64,000 nucleotides of DNA from a virus. The stretch lies in IMG/VR virus record IMGVR_UViG_3300013947_000004, one strand, 5' to 3'. The notes beneath the pieces were generated by a model that saw only the letters and a list, made by a program, of their open reading frames with translations, was not told where the DNA came from and did not search any database. The translations under genes and the position numbers were made by a program. Positions 1-7,356 of this stretch are shown piece by piece (positions within the stretch are counted from its first letter, which is position 1; each line of letters opens with the position of its first letter).

Positions 1-624
1 TCCCGCCAATAAATCCCATCGGTTTGCCTCGCTATCGTAAAAATATTCCTCTGGGATATGTTTGTCGTGGAATAATTTTAATCTTTTTAATTCTGCCCAG
101 AAACCACTTTGGAATTTAATAACAGCTGCCCCTTCTTCCTTACGAACAGTTTTTTGTTTCCAATCTAAATTATCTAAGGTGTTTTCTAAATCTTCGTACC
201 CAGATGTTATTTCTGCGGCTTTGTTATTTCCATCCCCTAACCACATCCCTAAATCATAGGGGGAAATAATGTGCCCCTTCTGAGGGAATTGTAACGCTCC
301 TCCTAAAGGTATTCTAAAAGCTTTCTCCTGATACCCTCCCTGAGGATTCCCTAAATTCTGTTTGCCATACATTGTTAAGGTGTCTATTATATTCCAACGA
401 CGTTTACGTTTATCCCAAACATCCCAGAGATGCCCTGCATCACAAACAATTTTTTCTCCGTCGTCGAACTCTACTTCAAAGCATGGGTGGTTATTGAATA
501 TTTTAGAAGTGCTACCAACAAGAACAGGGTCTCCATTTTCATCATATACGTAATCCCCAGCGTTGAGCTTTCCCATTTGTTTATACCCATTGGGTGTCGG
601 AATTAAAGTATATATAGAAAGAGC
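1..624 (-). mobile_element. Intein (partial) inserted in the TerL P-loop. Class-3-like, with a LAGLIDADG homing endonuclease domain.
   Basis: Starts with Ala right after GK (codon 622-624). Block B reads CDAGHLW (His then Trp two residues later). LAGLIDADG motifs DLGMWLGDGNN and RWDLLAG. The N-terminus is alignable to the helicase intein. Confidence 0.7.
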
Positions 625-813
625 TTTTCCTGATTCCCGGAAGCCTTCTACTGCATAGTGATTTTTACCATGTAAAAGGATATTTCCCCATTCCTCTTGG
701 AATGTAGGGGTCTTTACTTCATCCTCAACGGGGAGAAAAACTCTTCTGAATAACATCAAATCATCTTTGGCTGATGCAAATAACTGCGCCATTTGTTTTT
801 GTTTGTCATTCAT
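1..813 (-). CDS. terL: Terminase large subunit, N-terminal part: 63-aa N-extein ending in the Walker-A GK, followed by an intein. The ORF runs off the window start.
   Basis: My own minus-strand translation from the ATG at 813 (RBS AAAGGGGGA): MNDKQKQMAQLF...AVEGFRESGK|ALSIYTLIPTPNGY... It is absent from the ORF track because there is no stop inside the window. Confidence 0.8.
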   Translation of the reverse strand, partial: MNDKQKQMAQLFASAKDDLMLFRRVFLPVEDEVKTPTFQEEWGNILLHGKNHYAVEGFRESGKALSIYTLIPTPNGYKQMGKLNAGDYVYDENGDPVLVGSTSKIFNNHPCFEVEFDDGEKIVCDAGHLWDVWDKRKRRWNIIDTLTMYGKQNLGNPQGGYQEKAFRIPLGGALQFPQKGHIISPYDLGMWLGDGNNKAAEITSGYEDLENTLDNLDWKQKTVRKEEGAAVIKFQSGFWAELKRLKLFHDKHIPEEYFYDSEANRWDLLAG

Positions 814-838
814 TATATATCCCCCTTTCCGCCGTGAT

Positions 839-857
839 TTGATTCCTTGGGAATCAA
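839..857. promoter_or_regulatory. Perfect palindrome TTGATTCC-TTG-GGAATCAA just upstream of the terL start; putative operator.
   Basis: 8-bp arms read directly from the sequence, 26 bp upstream of the terL ATG. Confidence 0.4.
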
Positions 858-879
858 GACTTTGCCTTGATTAGCCATG

Positions 880-900
880 TTAAACAGTAAAACTGTTTAA
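880..900. promoter_or_regulatory. Perfect palindrome TTAAACAGT-AAA-ACTGTTTAA; putative operator with ACAGT half-sites.
   Basis: 9-bp arms. The same ACAGT/ACTGT half-site recurs at 951-962, 1030-1037, 1052-1059 and 27159-27171. Confidence 0.45.
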
Positions 901-941
901 ATGTAGTTCACCTGTATTGAGAGTATTCTCCATTTTTAAAT

Positions 942-1062
942 ATTCCCGTATGACAAACTGTCTATTTTAACTTGTTTTTAAGGATTTATTCTACCATTTT
1001 GTATATTTCTATCATAGATTCCCGTGTTTAGACAGTAATTCCCGTATATTTAAACAGTTTTA
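942..1062. promoter_or_regulatory. Three ATTCCCGT(A/G)T boxes (942, 1018, 1038), each followed by a (G/A)ACAGT box, in the divergent terL / early-island control region.
   Basis: Direct repeats read in the sequence. The region is AT-rich and ORF-free. Confidence 0.4.
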
Positions 1063-1143
1063 CCAAGGAATTTTTAAAATATTTTTTGGAATCCCTTTTT
1101 TTTTATTTATAGTACCCCTTAAAAAGAAGCCCCACCCCTCTTT

Positions 1144-1258
1144 AAATGGCTCTAAATTGTTAAAAATGGCTCTCTCAAGCACGTTTTTTAGGTATAACTA
1201 CTGTCTTAGGTATAATTACCCTAAGAGAATATATAAGGCTAAAAATAGCCTTTGAGGG
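1144..1258 (+). promoter_or_regulatory. Promoter-plus-leader cassette, copy A (-10 TATAAT at 1211-1216).
   Basis: Shares the ordered blocks TTGTTAAAA, a T-run, GGTATAAC, N12, TAGGTATAAT, CCTAAGAG and TAAAAATAGC with the copies at 24021-24142(-), 32693-32812(+) and 41764-41874(+). Confidence 0.6.
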
Positions 1259-2105
1259 CGTTATTTTTAATTAAAATGGTAAAAAAATTAACATACGTGA
1301 GTGTACTAACTTCCCTAATTATCGCCGTGCCGTGCCAGTACCCGCAAATACGAAGCCCCACCCCCACAAAGGGGCGAATGATGGGGGGGGTAGGCAAGAA
1401 TGGCTTAACCATGCGGTTTATGGGCTGTTTATTTATGTATAGTGGCTACAAATGGCTTAGTTATGCGGTTGATGCAGTTTTTATGTGGTTTGATATACTG
1501 TAACCATCCCAAGCGGGACGGAAACGAAACGCAAAGGACGCCCACCGAGCTGGGTTGTAGGAATACAAGGTCGGCTCGACGCAATAGTAAAAAGAAAAAA
1601 AATAAAGCCCCAGCCGTGAGGCAAACGGGTTGTTCTTTGAGAACAGAATATGGTATCTTCCACCGGAAACGGTGGGAGTTGGCGACATAAAAAAGTTGCC
1701 GTGGTACCCGATGAAAACGGCTTAACCAAGCCGTTGGAGGGCTAAGCGTCAGATAGCCATGGTAGGCGGCGTGAGATTCGCGGTGTTGTTGCCTGAACTG
1801 GCTATTTAGTAGCCGGGAATGATAACGATTCTAATGGCATATTAAGTTGCATGCCTAGTGAGGGATTATCAATAATCAGAGGTACGTATGTATACTAGTC
1901 GTATCGAGGCTAAGGACCGGGAACGGTGCTTCTGGTTATGGTCGATGTGTCTAGGGTATGGGAGTAGCGGATAGATACTTCTTATACTCTATATACTGTA
2001 ACCAAAGGAACGGAATGTAAGTTTTTTCGCCCCGCTCGGAGTTGTGAAAAGACTTACATTTTAGACAAATAGATTGTCGTGCCGGGGGACGTTAAACACC
2101 GGCCC
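1224..2105 (+). ncRNA. Candidate large structured ncRNA (about 0.85 kb). Could be ROOL/GOLLD-class or unclassified.
   Basis: No credible ORF. G+C jumps from 13/60 at 1261-1320 to 35/60 at 1501-1560. Many stable hairpins, including a GAAA tetraloop at 1660-1675. Lies downstream of cassette A and upstream of the first RBS-bearing gene. Confidence 0.5.
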
Positions 2106-2270
2106 ATGCTCAATTAAGAGCAATTAAATGTATCCCGAGAAATCGGAGAATGGAGAGGGAAAAATGAAATATTACATTTTGGAAAGTTGGGACGGGGTTC
2201 TATTTTTTGGAGGTGGTATAGAGAAAGAGGAATGTTAATCACCGAAAACAAAGAAAGAGGGAATAAAAAC

Positions 2271-2387
2271 ATGACAACAACAAAAGAAATTAAAAACGAA
2301 GATTTGGTGCGGCTTTGGAATACATACTGTGATGTAGAGCACCGTCCCAAGGAACTTTTTGGTTTCAAAACCCGTTATGATTCTTGA
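2271..2387 (+). CDS. Small protein with the LWNxYC motif (paralogue family 1 of 3).
   Basis: Start refined to the ATG at 2271 (RBS AAAGAGGGA). MTTTKEIKNEDLVRLWNTYCDVE... resembles the N-termini of 3703..4062 and 7054..7338. Confidence 0.5.
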   Translation: MTTTKEIKNEDLVRLWNTYCDVEHRPKELFGFKTRYDS

Positions 2388-2395
2388 TTTCCCGG

Positions 2396-2431
2396 TAGAG
2401 AAATCCGCAATGGATTGTCTCTATTTTCTTT
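2396..2431 (+). terminator. Intrinsic terminator or attenuator.
   Basis: TAGAGAAATCC-GCAAT-GGATTGTCTCTA hairpin followed by TTTTCTTT. Confidence 0.5.
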
Positions 2432-2462
2432 GGAACGGGTACTGGGAAAGGAAGTGTTAATC

Positions 2463-2591
2463 ATGACAGAATTAAAAAATTTAACCCCCCACGAAATTAA
2501 TATTTTCGTGGACGGAGAACATTATATGGACATCCCTGTTTCTAGGATAATTGCAAGATGTTCCCAGGGTTTTTCTTGTAAGGGGGTGTAG
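2463..2591 (+). CDS. Small hypothetical protein (42 aa), below the ORF-track cutoff.
   Basis: ATG at 2463 with an upstream GGGAAAGGAAG. Encodes MTELKNLTPHEINIFVDGEHYMDIPVSRIIARCSQGFSCKGV. Fills the gap before 2595. Confidence 0.4.
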   Translation: MTELKNLTPHEINIFVDGEHYMDIPVSRIIARCSQGFSCKGV

Positions 2592-2594
2592 AAA

Positions 2595-3248
2595 ATGAAG
2601 TACGAAGAATATATTGTTGACGGCGTTACCTATTGCCGTATCAATAAAACAGAGGCAAGAAAGATATACAATCAAGGAAGAAATGTATATCTTTGCCCTG
2701 TTCATATGAGATTAGATAGCCCATGGTCGGGAATACCTTACATAAATAATAAAAAGGATATGAGAGCAACTTTTAATGACCGTATATGCCAATACGAGAT
2801 TTACAACTGCGACAGCGAACGCGGACAATACCTTAAGTACTTTAGGGAGGAAATAATTATGAGAAAAGAACAAGTTGTAAAAAAATTGAATGAATTGTGG
2901 CTTAAAGTCTGCAACAAGCCGGGGTGGCGTCGTGGCGTATGCAAATACGCCTACATCATTCTACGGCATGTAGATGACGATGTGGAATTACACCAGCTGG
3001 GGCTTTCAAAAGTCCTTTTAAATGGGGCGGAAAACTGGAAAGAATATTCTTACGGGGGTTGCGCCCTTATTTATGACGGTGATATAGCGGAAGCATTATG
3101 CACCCAAAAAATGCTAGAAAAAAATAAGCACGGAGAGAAAGCCCCTAACGGACGTGACAATTGGTTAGATGTCCAGTCCCGTGCCCTGTTCCACGCCTTT
3201 CAAAAGATATACGGAATTGTGGCTTCCGAAGCAGATGGGAAGTTATAA
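2595..3248 (+). CDS. Hypothetical two-domain protein. An in-frame internal SD plus ATG at 2859 could give a nested 129-aa product.
   Basis: ORF-track ORF. GGGAGG lies 8 nt upstream of the in-frame ATG at 2859-2861. Confidence 0.6.
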   Translation: MKYEEYIVDGVTYCRINKTEARKIYNQGRNVYLCPVHMRLDSPWSGIPYINNKKDMRATFNDRICQYEIYNCDSERGQYLKYFREEIIMRKEQVVKKLNELWLKVCNKPGWRRGVCKYAYIILRHVDDDVELHQLGLSKVLLNGAENWKEYSYGGCALIYDGDIAEALCTQKMLEKNKHGEKAPNGRDNWLDVQSRALFHAFQKIYGIVASEADGKL

Positions 3249-3343
3249 CCCCTACTTTAATATATTTACCAAAGTTCAGAACAAAACGTTCTGAGCTTGA
3301 ATAAGGGTATTAAACTCTTAAATAAAAAAATGGAGGGTTTATT

Positions 3344-3684
3344 ATGAAAAAATTTTACTACGCTCGGTACTCCAGATTTGGAGTTAAAACGATATGGGGT
3401 GACACGGGAAATCCTACAGGGGTTTCCTAGCGTTCACCTCCAAAGCTTCACGTGATAATTGGGGAGATGACCACGAATGGGATTACTACCCGAATTGGTC
3501 AGCTTGCACGGAAACTAGGGAGAATGTTGAACAAGCTCTAGGAAAATTTATCATCGTAAATGATAAAAGATGTGCAGATGGTGCATTGTCTGTATATAAA
3601 TATAAAGGGGACTACGGAAATTTAAAAAAAATCAAAAATTGTTTGTACTGCTCGGTAAAGAAAGCCCGAGCATGGATGATATAA
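3344..3684 (+). pseudogene. Frameshifted ORF (-1 shift at the GGGG run 3419-3422).
   Basis: ATG at 3344 with RBS GGAGGG. Frame 0 stops at 3428-3430. The -1 frame stays open from 3421 to the stop at 3682-3684 (GFLAFTSKASRDNWGDDHEWDYYPNW...). Confidence 0.45.
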
Positions 3685-3702
3685 AAAAGGGAGGAATTAA
3701 TT

Positions 3703-4062
3703 ATGACAATTAGAGAACAGCTCTCAGAAAGTTTAGAAAATTTGGATTTCCATAATCTCGTTACATTATGGAACCAATGCTGTATTGATTGTAACTACAC
3801 GGACGATTATATCCATGAGAATAATGAGTACGAGATAGAAAACAGCTTCTCTAGTCCGTGGGAAGCATTGAGAAGTTCTTATTCTTACTCTACGGACGAC
3901 GACTATTTTTCCTTTGATGGATACGGAAGATTAAATTCCTTTAGTGGAATGTGTTCTTATTGCCCAATTCAGATAGGCGATTTAGCAGACTGGTTAGAAA
4001 GTCATCCCGAATACTGGGATGAATTGGATGTAGAAGAAATGGAGGGAAACGATAATGAATAA
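3703..4062 (+). CDS. Acidic protein with the LWNQCC motif (paralogue family 2 of 3).
   Basis: ORF track. NLVTLWNQCCIDCNY motif and a D/E-rich C-terminus. Confidence 0.6.
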   Translation: MTIREQLSESLENLDFHNLVTLWNQCCIDCNYTDDYIHENNEYEIENSFSSPWEALRSSYSYSTDDDYFSFDGYGRLNSFSGMCSYCPIQIGDLADWLESHPEYWDELDVEEMEGNDNE

Positions 4063-4543
4063 AAAACAAATAGAAAAAATAGAAAACTTAGTACGGGAAA
4101 TTATTGCTACAAATTTTCCTTGGTGGTACGTCCCTAGGGACGTAGAATATAAAACTTGTAATGCAATTCATTATTCCGGGGCTACGAAATTATGGAGAGA
4201 CAACTATAGAGCAGTTATATCTTTGTCAGATAAATTTTCGCAAGAGGATGGGAATACACTAGTGCATGAATTAGTCCATGCATTCCTCCCTTTTAAGGAA
4301 ATGCATGGAGAAAAGTTTCAATCCGTATGTAGGTTTATAGAAGGGCATACGGGATATAAGCCCAATATTCCGGTGGAACCTGTTCCGCCCAAGTATATAA
4401 TCCGGTATTACAACAGAAATACCGGGGCTTACATAGGTTACAAAGCCCTTTACAGAAAAGTAAAAATAGTAAAATTTTTACTATCTGTGGATTGTTTATG
4501 GAGAGACTCCGAATATATCGTGAAGCTGGAGGTGAGAAAATGA
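4055..4543 (+). CDS. SprT-like zinc metallopeptidase domain protein.
   Basis: HExxH motif in the context NTLVHELVHAFLPF. Confidence 0.55.
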   Translation: MNKKQIEKIENLVREIIATNFPWWYVPRDVEYKTCNAIHYSGATKLWRDNYRAVISLSDKFSQEDGNTLVHELVHAFLPFKEMHGEKFQSVCRFIEGHTGYKPNIPVEPVPPKYIIRYYNRNTGAYIGYKALYRKVKIVKFLLSVDCLWRDSEYIVKLEVRK

Positions 4544-4716
4544 GTAAGTACCGCAAAGATAAAAACGGGAAGCACTGGCAATCATTTGCCAGTCTTACCC
4601 CTTGGAATAAGGGTGTTTACATTCTTGAAAGTGTTGTAGACACCCTTAAAATTGCTTTGTACTTTGTTGTAGGATGGTTCTTGTTTAGTTGTCTAATTTG
4701 CATATTAGGGGGGTAA
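4540..4716 (+). CDS. Small membrane protein.
   Basis: ATGA start/stop overlap with the upstream gene. C-terminal hydrophobic segment ALYFVVGWFLFSCLICILGG. Confidence 0.5.
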   Translation: MSKYRKDKNGKHWQSFASLTPWNKGVYILESVVDTLKIALYFVVGWFLFSCLICILGG

Positions 4717-4719
4717 AAT

Positions 4720-5931
4720 ATGAGAATACTGCATATTGAAAAGGACTACGCTATAGTCCAAGGGAAAAGTAAAAAAACAGGAGGCATTATTCCCGTCGCT
4801 ATCCCTACGTCGGAATTAGCCTACCCAGTTACTTACAAGGGAAATGAATATAAGAAAGAAGAAATTTCCTTTTGTTCCGATTGCGGAGATTTTATCCCAG
4901 CCGGGAATAAAGTTGTAATACAGGGCATGGTACTTTGCTCTGGCTGTTCTTGGAACTACATTCCTTGCACTAAATGCGGTGAAATCCACAACAAGAAGGT
5001 CGATATGGAATTTGTGGACGGAAGTTATATCTGCCACAAATGTATAGAGAAAGACGACTCTATACAGCTTTGCGATAGTTGCGGAGAATTTACCCATGTA
5101 GACAATCTTTCCAAAGTTGACGGTCGTTATATATGCCATGAATGCCTACATGTCATATACAGAGAATGTATAAAAGAGTATCACCTCTCCAGGAGTGTCC
5201 AATACTACTCCACACCTTATAAATCGGATACTCGGAGAAAAACAACCAAACTGTATTTAGGAATGGAGTTGGAAATGCCTTTCATCGGAGAGGATAATGG
5301 GGAACTGGCTTACAGTATCTTGAAAAATCCATACCTAAAAATAGAAAAGGATACCTCTATCAAGGATGGATTTGAGGTGATATCCGATGCCATGACCTTA
5401 GAAGTTTGGCAAAAAGAAGGGTTCAAAAGTATTGGTAACGCCGTATCCCTTGCCAAGAAAGAAGGGTTTAAAGAACACTTTAGTAGTGGAATTCATGTAC
5501 ATTTCCACAACGAGCCGTTTACACCAGAACAGCTAAAAAATATAGGGGCTTTCGTAATGCTCCATTATATCGACTGTATCAGATTTGGAAGGCGCGACCC
5601 ACTCCATTTAGATTTTTGTGAGTCTATAGATGATACAGGGAGTATAATGGAAGATTGTAGAGGGCATAGAATGGCGGTTAATTTCGAACATCCTCTACAT
5701 ACAGAACTACGATTCTTTGCCACGTCGACAGATTTAAATCATATACAGGCAATCTTGGAGTTTGTGTATTGCCTATGCATGACAGCTCTAAGAGTAAACA
5801 AACTATTCGAATGGGAAGACTTATACCAAACAGCGAAAAGTAGCGGAATATGCCCCCATTTTATAAAAGAATATGAAAACAACTTTAATTGCAAAGAAAT
5901 AGAGGGATACGATTATACACAAGTTATGTAG
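4720..5931 (+). CDS. Putative amidoligase (Amidoligase_2 / glutamine-synthetase-like) with an N-terminal array of CxxC zinc ribbons.
   Basis: Six CxxC pairs in the first ~150 aa. Then LGMELEM, KDTSIKDGFEVIS, GIHVHF and ELRFF, matching the family motifs as I remember them. Confidence 0.55.
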   Translation: MRILHIEKDYAIVQGKSKKTGGIIPVAIPTSELAYPVTYKGNEYKKEEISFCSDCGDFIPAGNKVVIQGMVLCSGCSWNYIPCTKCGEIHNKKVDMEFVDGSYICHKCIEKDDSIQLCDSCGEFTHVDNLSKVDGRYICHECLHVIYRECIKEYHLSRSVQYYSTPYKSDTRRKTTKLYLGMELEMPFIGEDNGELAYSILKNPYLKIEKDTSIKDGFEVISDAMTLEVWQKEGFKSIGNAVSLAKKEGFKEHFSSGIHVHFHNEPFTPEQLKNIGAFVMLHYIDCIRFGRRDPLHLDFCESIDDTGSIMEDCRGHRMAVNFEHPLHTELRFFATSTDLNHIQAILEFVYCLCMTALRVNKLFEWEDLYQTAKSSGICPHFIKEYENNFNCKEIEGYDYTQVM

Positions 5932-5943
5932 GGAGATGTTTAA

Positions 5944-6168
5944 ATGAAAATAAATGTAGAACAAACAGTTATATATTTGATTACAACGAGAGCATATGGG
6001 CATGGAGGGACACGTAAATCAATGCCCTGCCCTTCCCTACTCCCTTATCTGGAACACCCCGAACGGGTCGAGTGTGGTTCTAGATTTTGTGAGGAATGTA
6101 TTGAGAAATATTTACTTAAGGCGGAGAAAGAATTTATAGGTAAATACGGGGAGGAATTTAAGATATGA
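5944..6168 (+). CDS. Hypothetical small Cys-containing protein.
   Basis: ORF track; packed within the operon. Confidence 0.45.
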   Translation: MKINVEQTVIYLITTRAYGHGGTRKSMPCPSLLPYLEHPERVECGSRFCEECIEKYLLKAEKEFIGKYGEEFKI

Positions 6169-6584
6169 GAGACGGGAAACAACTAAATAAAATAGCAAAG
6201 GAAATGATAAAGAAATTAAAGAATCACGGAATTACAATTCAGTATTACCATTCCATAACCTCTAACAGTATCTATTTAAAACTAGACTACGGGATGGCTC
6301 ATTCTGTCCGCATTAGTGACCATCGAGGGAATACTAAACTAAGATACAGGTATAATGTATCTCTAAATTTCCAGTCTACAAAAGTCGAGAGAATACCTAA
6401 CAAGTTTGGGTTTAGATATTACGTATCTCCAACCAATGTGAACGAGCTAATAAAAATAATAGTTAAAGAAAGAGAGTCTAGAATACATTTTTTGACAAAG
6501 CAGAAATATGAAAAAGGAATGCAAATCAATTTTGCCCAAAATGAAGGGAGGGCTGGGTTTTGGAGTAAGTACAAATATGTTTGA
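6165..6584 (+). CDS. Hypothetical protein.
   Basis: ORF track; 4-nt overlap with the upstream gene. Confidence 0.55.
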   Translation: MRDGKQLNKIAKEMIKKLKNHGITIQYYHSITSNSIYLKLDYGMAHSVRISDHRGNTKLRYRYNVSLNFQSTKVERIPNKFGFRYYVSPTNVNELIKIIVKERESRIHFLTKQKYEKGMQINFAQNEGRAGFWSKYKYV

Positions 6585-6640
6585 CATATGTAGTTTGATG
6601 CAGTATTATTAAATCATCAAAAGATAAGGGAGGAATTTAT

Positions 6641-7036
6641 ATGGCATTTGTAAGCTTAGAAAAAGACTACTGGGATAAGATTGCACTATCCAATGGGATG
6701 TCTGACGACCATCTTACAGAAGAAATGAAGGATGAGTCGAAATCTCTCGCCGCAACTTGCGGTATTGCAGGACTTGTCGCCTTATACAGTGATGATAAGG
6801 ACGTACAGTACTGCGGGAAACAGTTAAAACAAACTGCCTCCGATTTGGTGGATAATATCATGTTTCCTGATATGATTAACCGCTATTGCGAGTTAGTCGA
6901 CCGTATCGGGGGAATTATTGATGACTTAGAACAGTTTGACGAAAAAGCTCTTGCAAACTATGTCAAAGAAGAATTGGAATCAGCAAAAACAATCTATGAT
7001 GATTGGAATTTATTTGGTAAATTTGCTACAATGTAA
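6641..7036 (+). CDS. Hypothetical acidic protein.
   Basis: ORF track; RBS AAGGGAGGA upstream. Confidence 0.55.
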   Translation: MAFVSLEKDYWDKIALSNGMSDDHLTEEMKDESKSLAATCGIAGLVALYSDDKDVQYCGKQLKQTASDLVDNIMFPDMINRYCELVDRIGGIIDDLEQFDEKALANYVKEELESAKTIYDDWNLFGKFATM

Positions 7037-7053
7037 TTTAGGAGGAATTAATT

Positions 7054-7338
7054 ATGGGAAAACAAGAATTAGAAAAAGTTGTCAGAAAAATTGTGCATTA
7101 TTGGGATACTGACACTACTATCAGATATTGGAATCAATATTGCGATGAAATGGGATATGAAGATTCTCGAATCGTACCCGTCGGAGATTCTTTAGACGAG
7201 TATTGTAAGGAAGCTTATCCTGACGTAACTGGATATGATGTGTATGATTTAGGTTGCGACGATGGAGAAATTATAGATTGGCTCGTTAATGAAATTTATT
7301 ACGGATATAAAAAATTGGAGGATTTGGATAGATTTTAA
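7054..7338 (+). CDS. Acidic protein with the YWNQYC motif (paralogue family 3 of 3).
   Basis: ORF track; TIRYWNQYCDEMGY; RBS TAGGAGGA. Confidence 0.6.
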   Translation: MGKQELEKVVRKIVHYWDTDTTIRYWNQYCDEMGYEDSRIVPVGDSLDEYCKEAYPDVTGYDVYDLGCDDGEIIDWLVNEIYYGYKKLEDLDRF

Positions 7339-7356
7339 AGAAGGAGGTACTTCCCA

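Noticed and set aside
1252-1729. Four 75-83-aa ORFs on both strands (1252-1503, 1442-1690, 1461-1688, 1481-1729).
   Set aside because: They overlap each other and lack RBSs, and their composition is odd. They are better explained as chance ORFs in GC-rich structured RNA.
2114-2368. 84-aa minus-strand ORF.
   Set aside because: It is antisense to the plus-strand island, has no RBS, and overlaps the first island gene.
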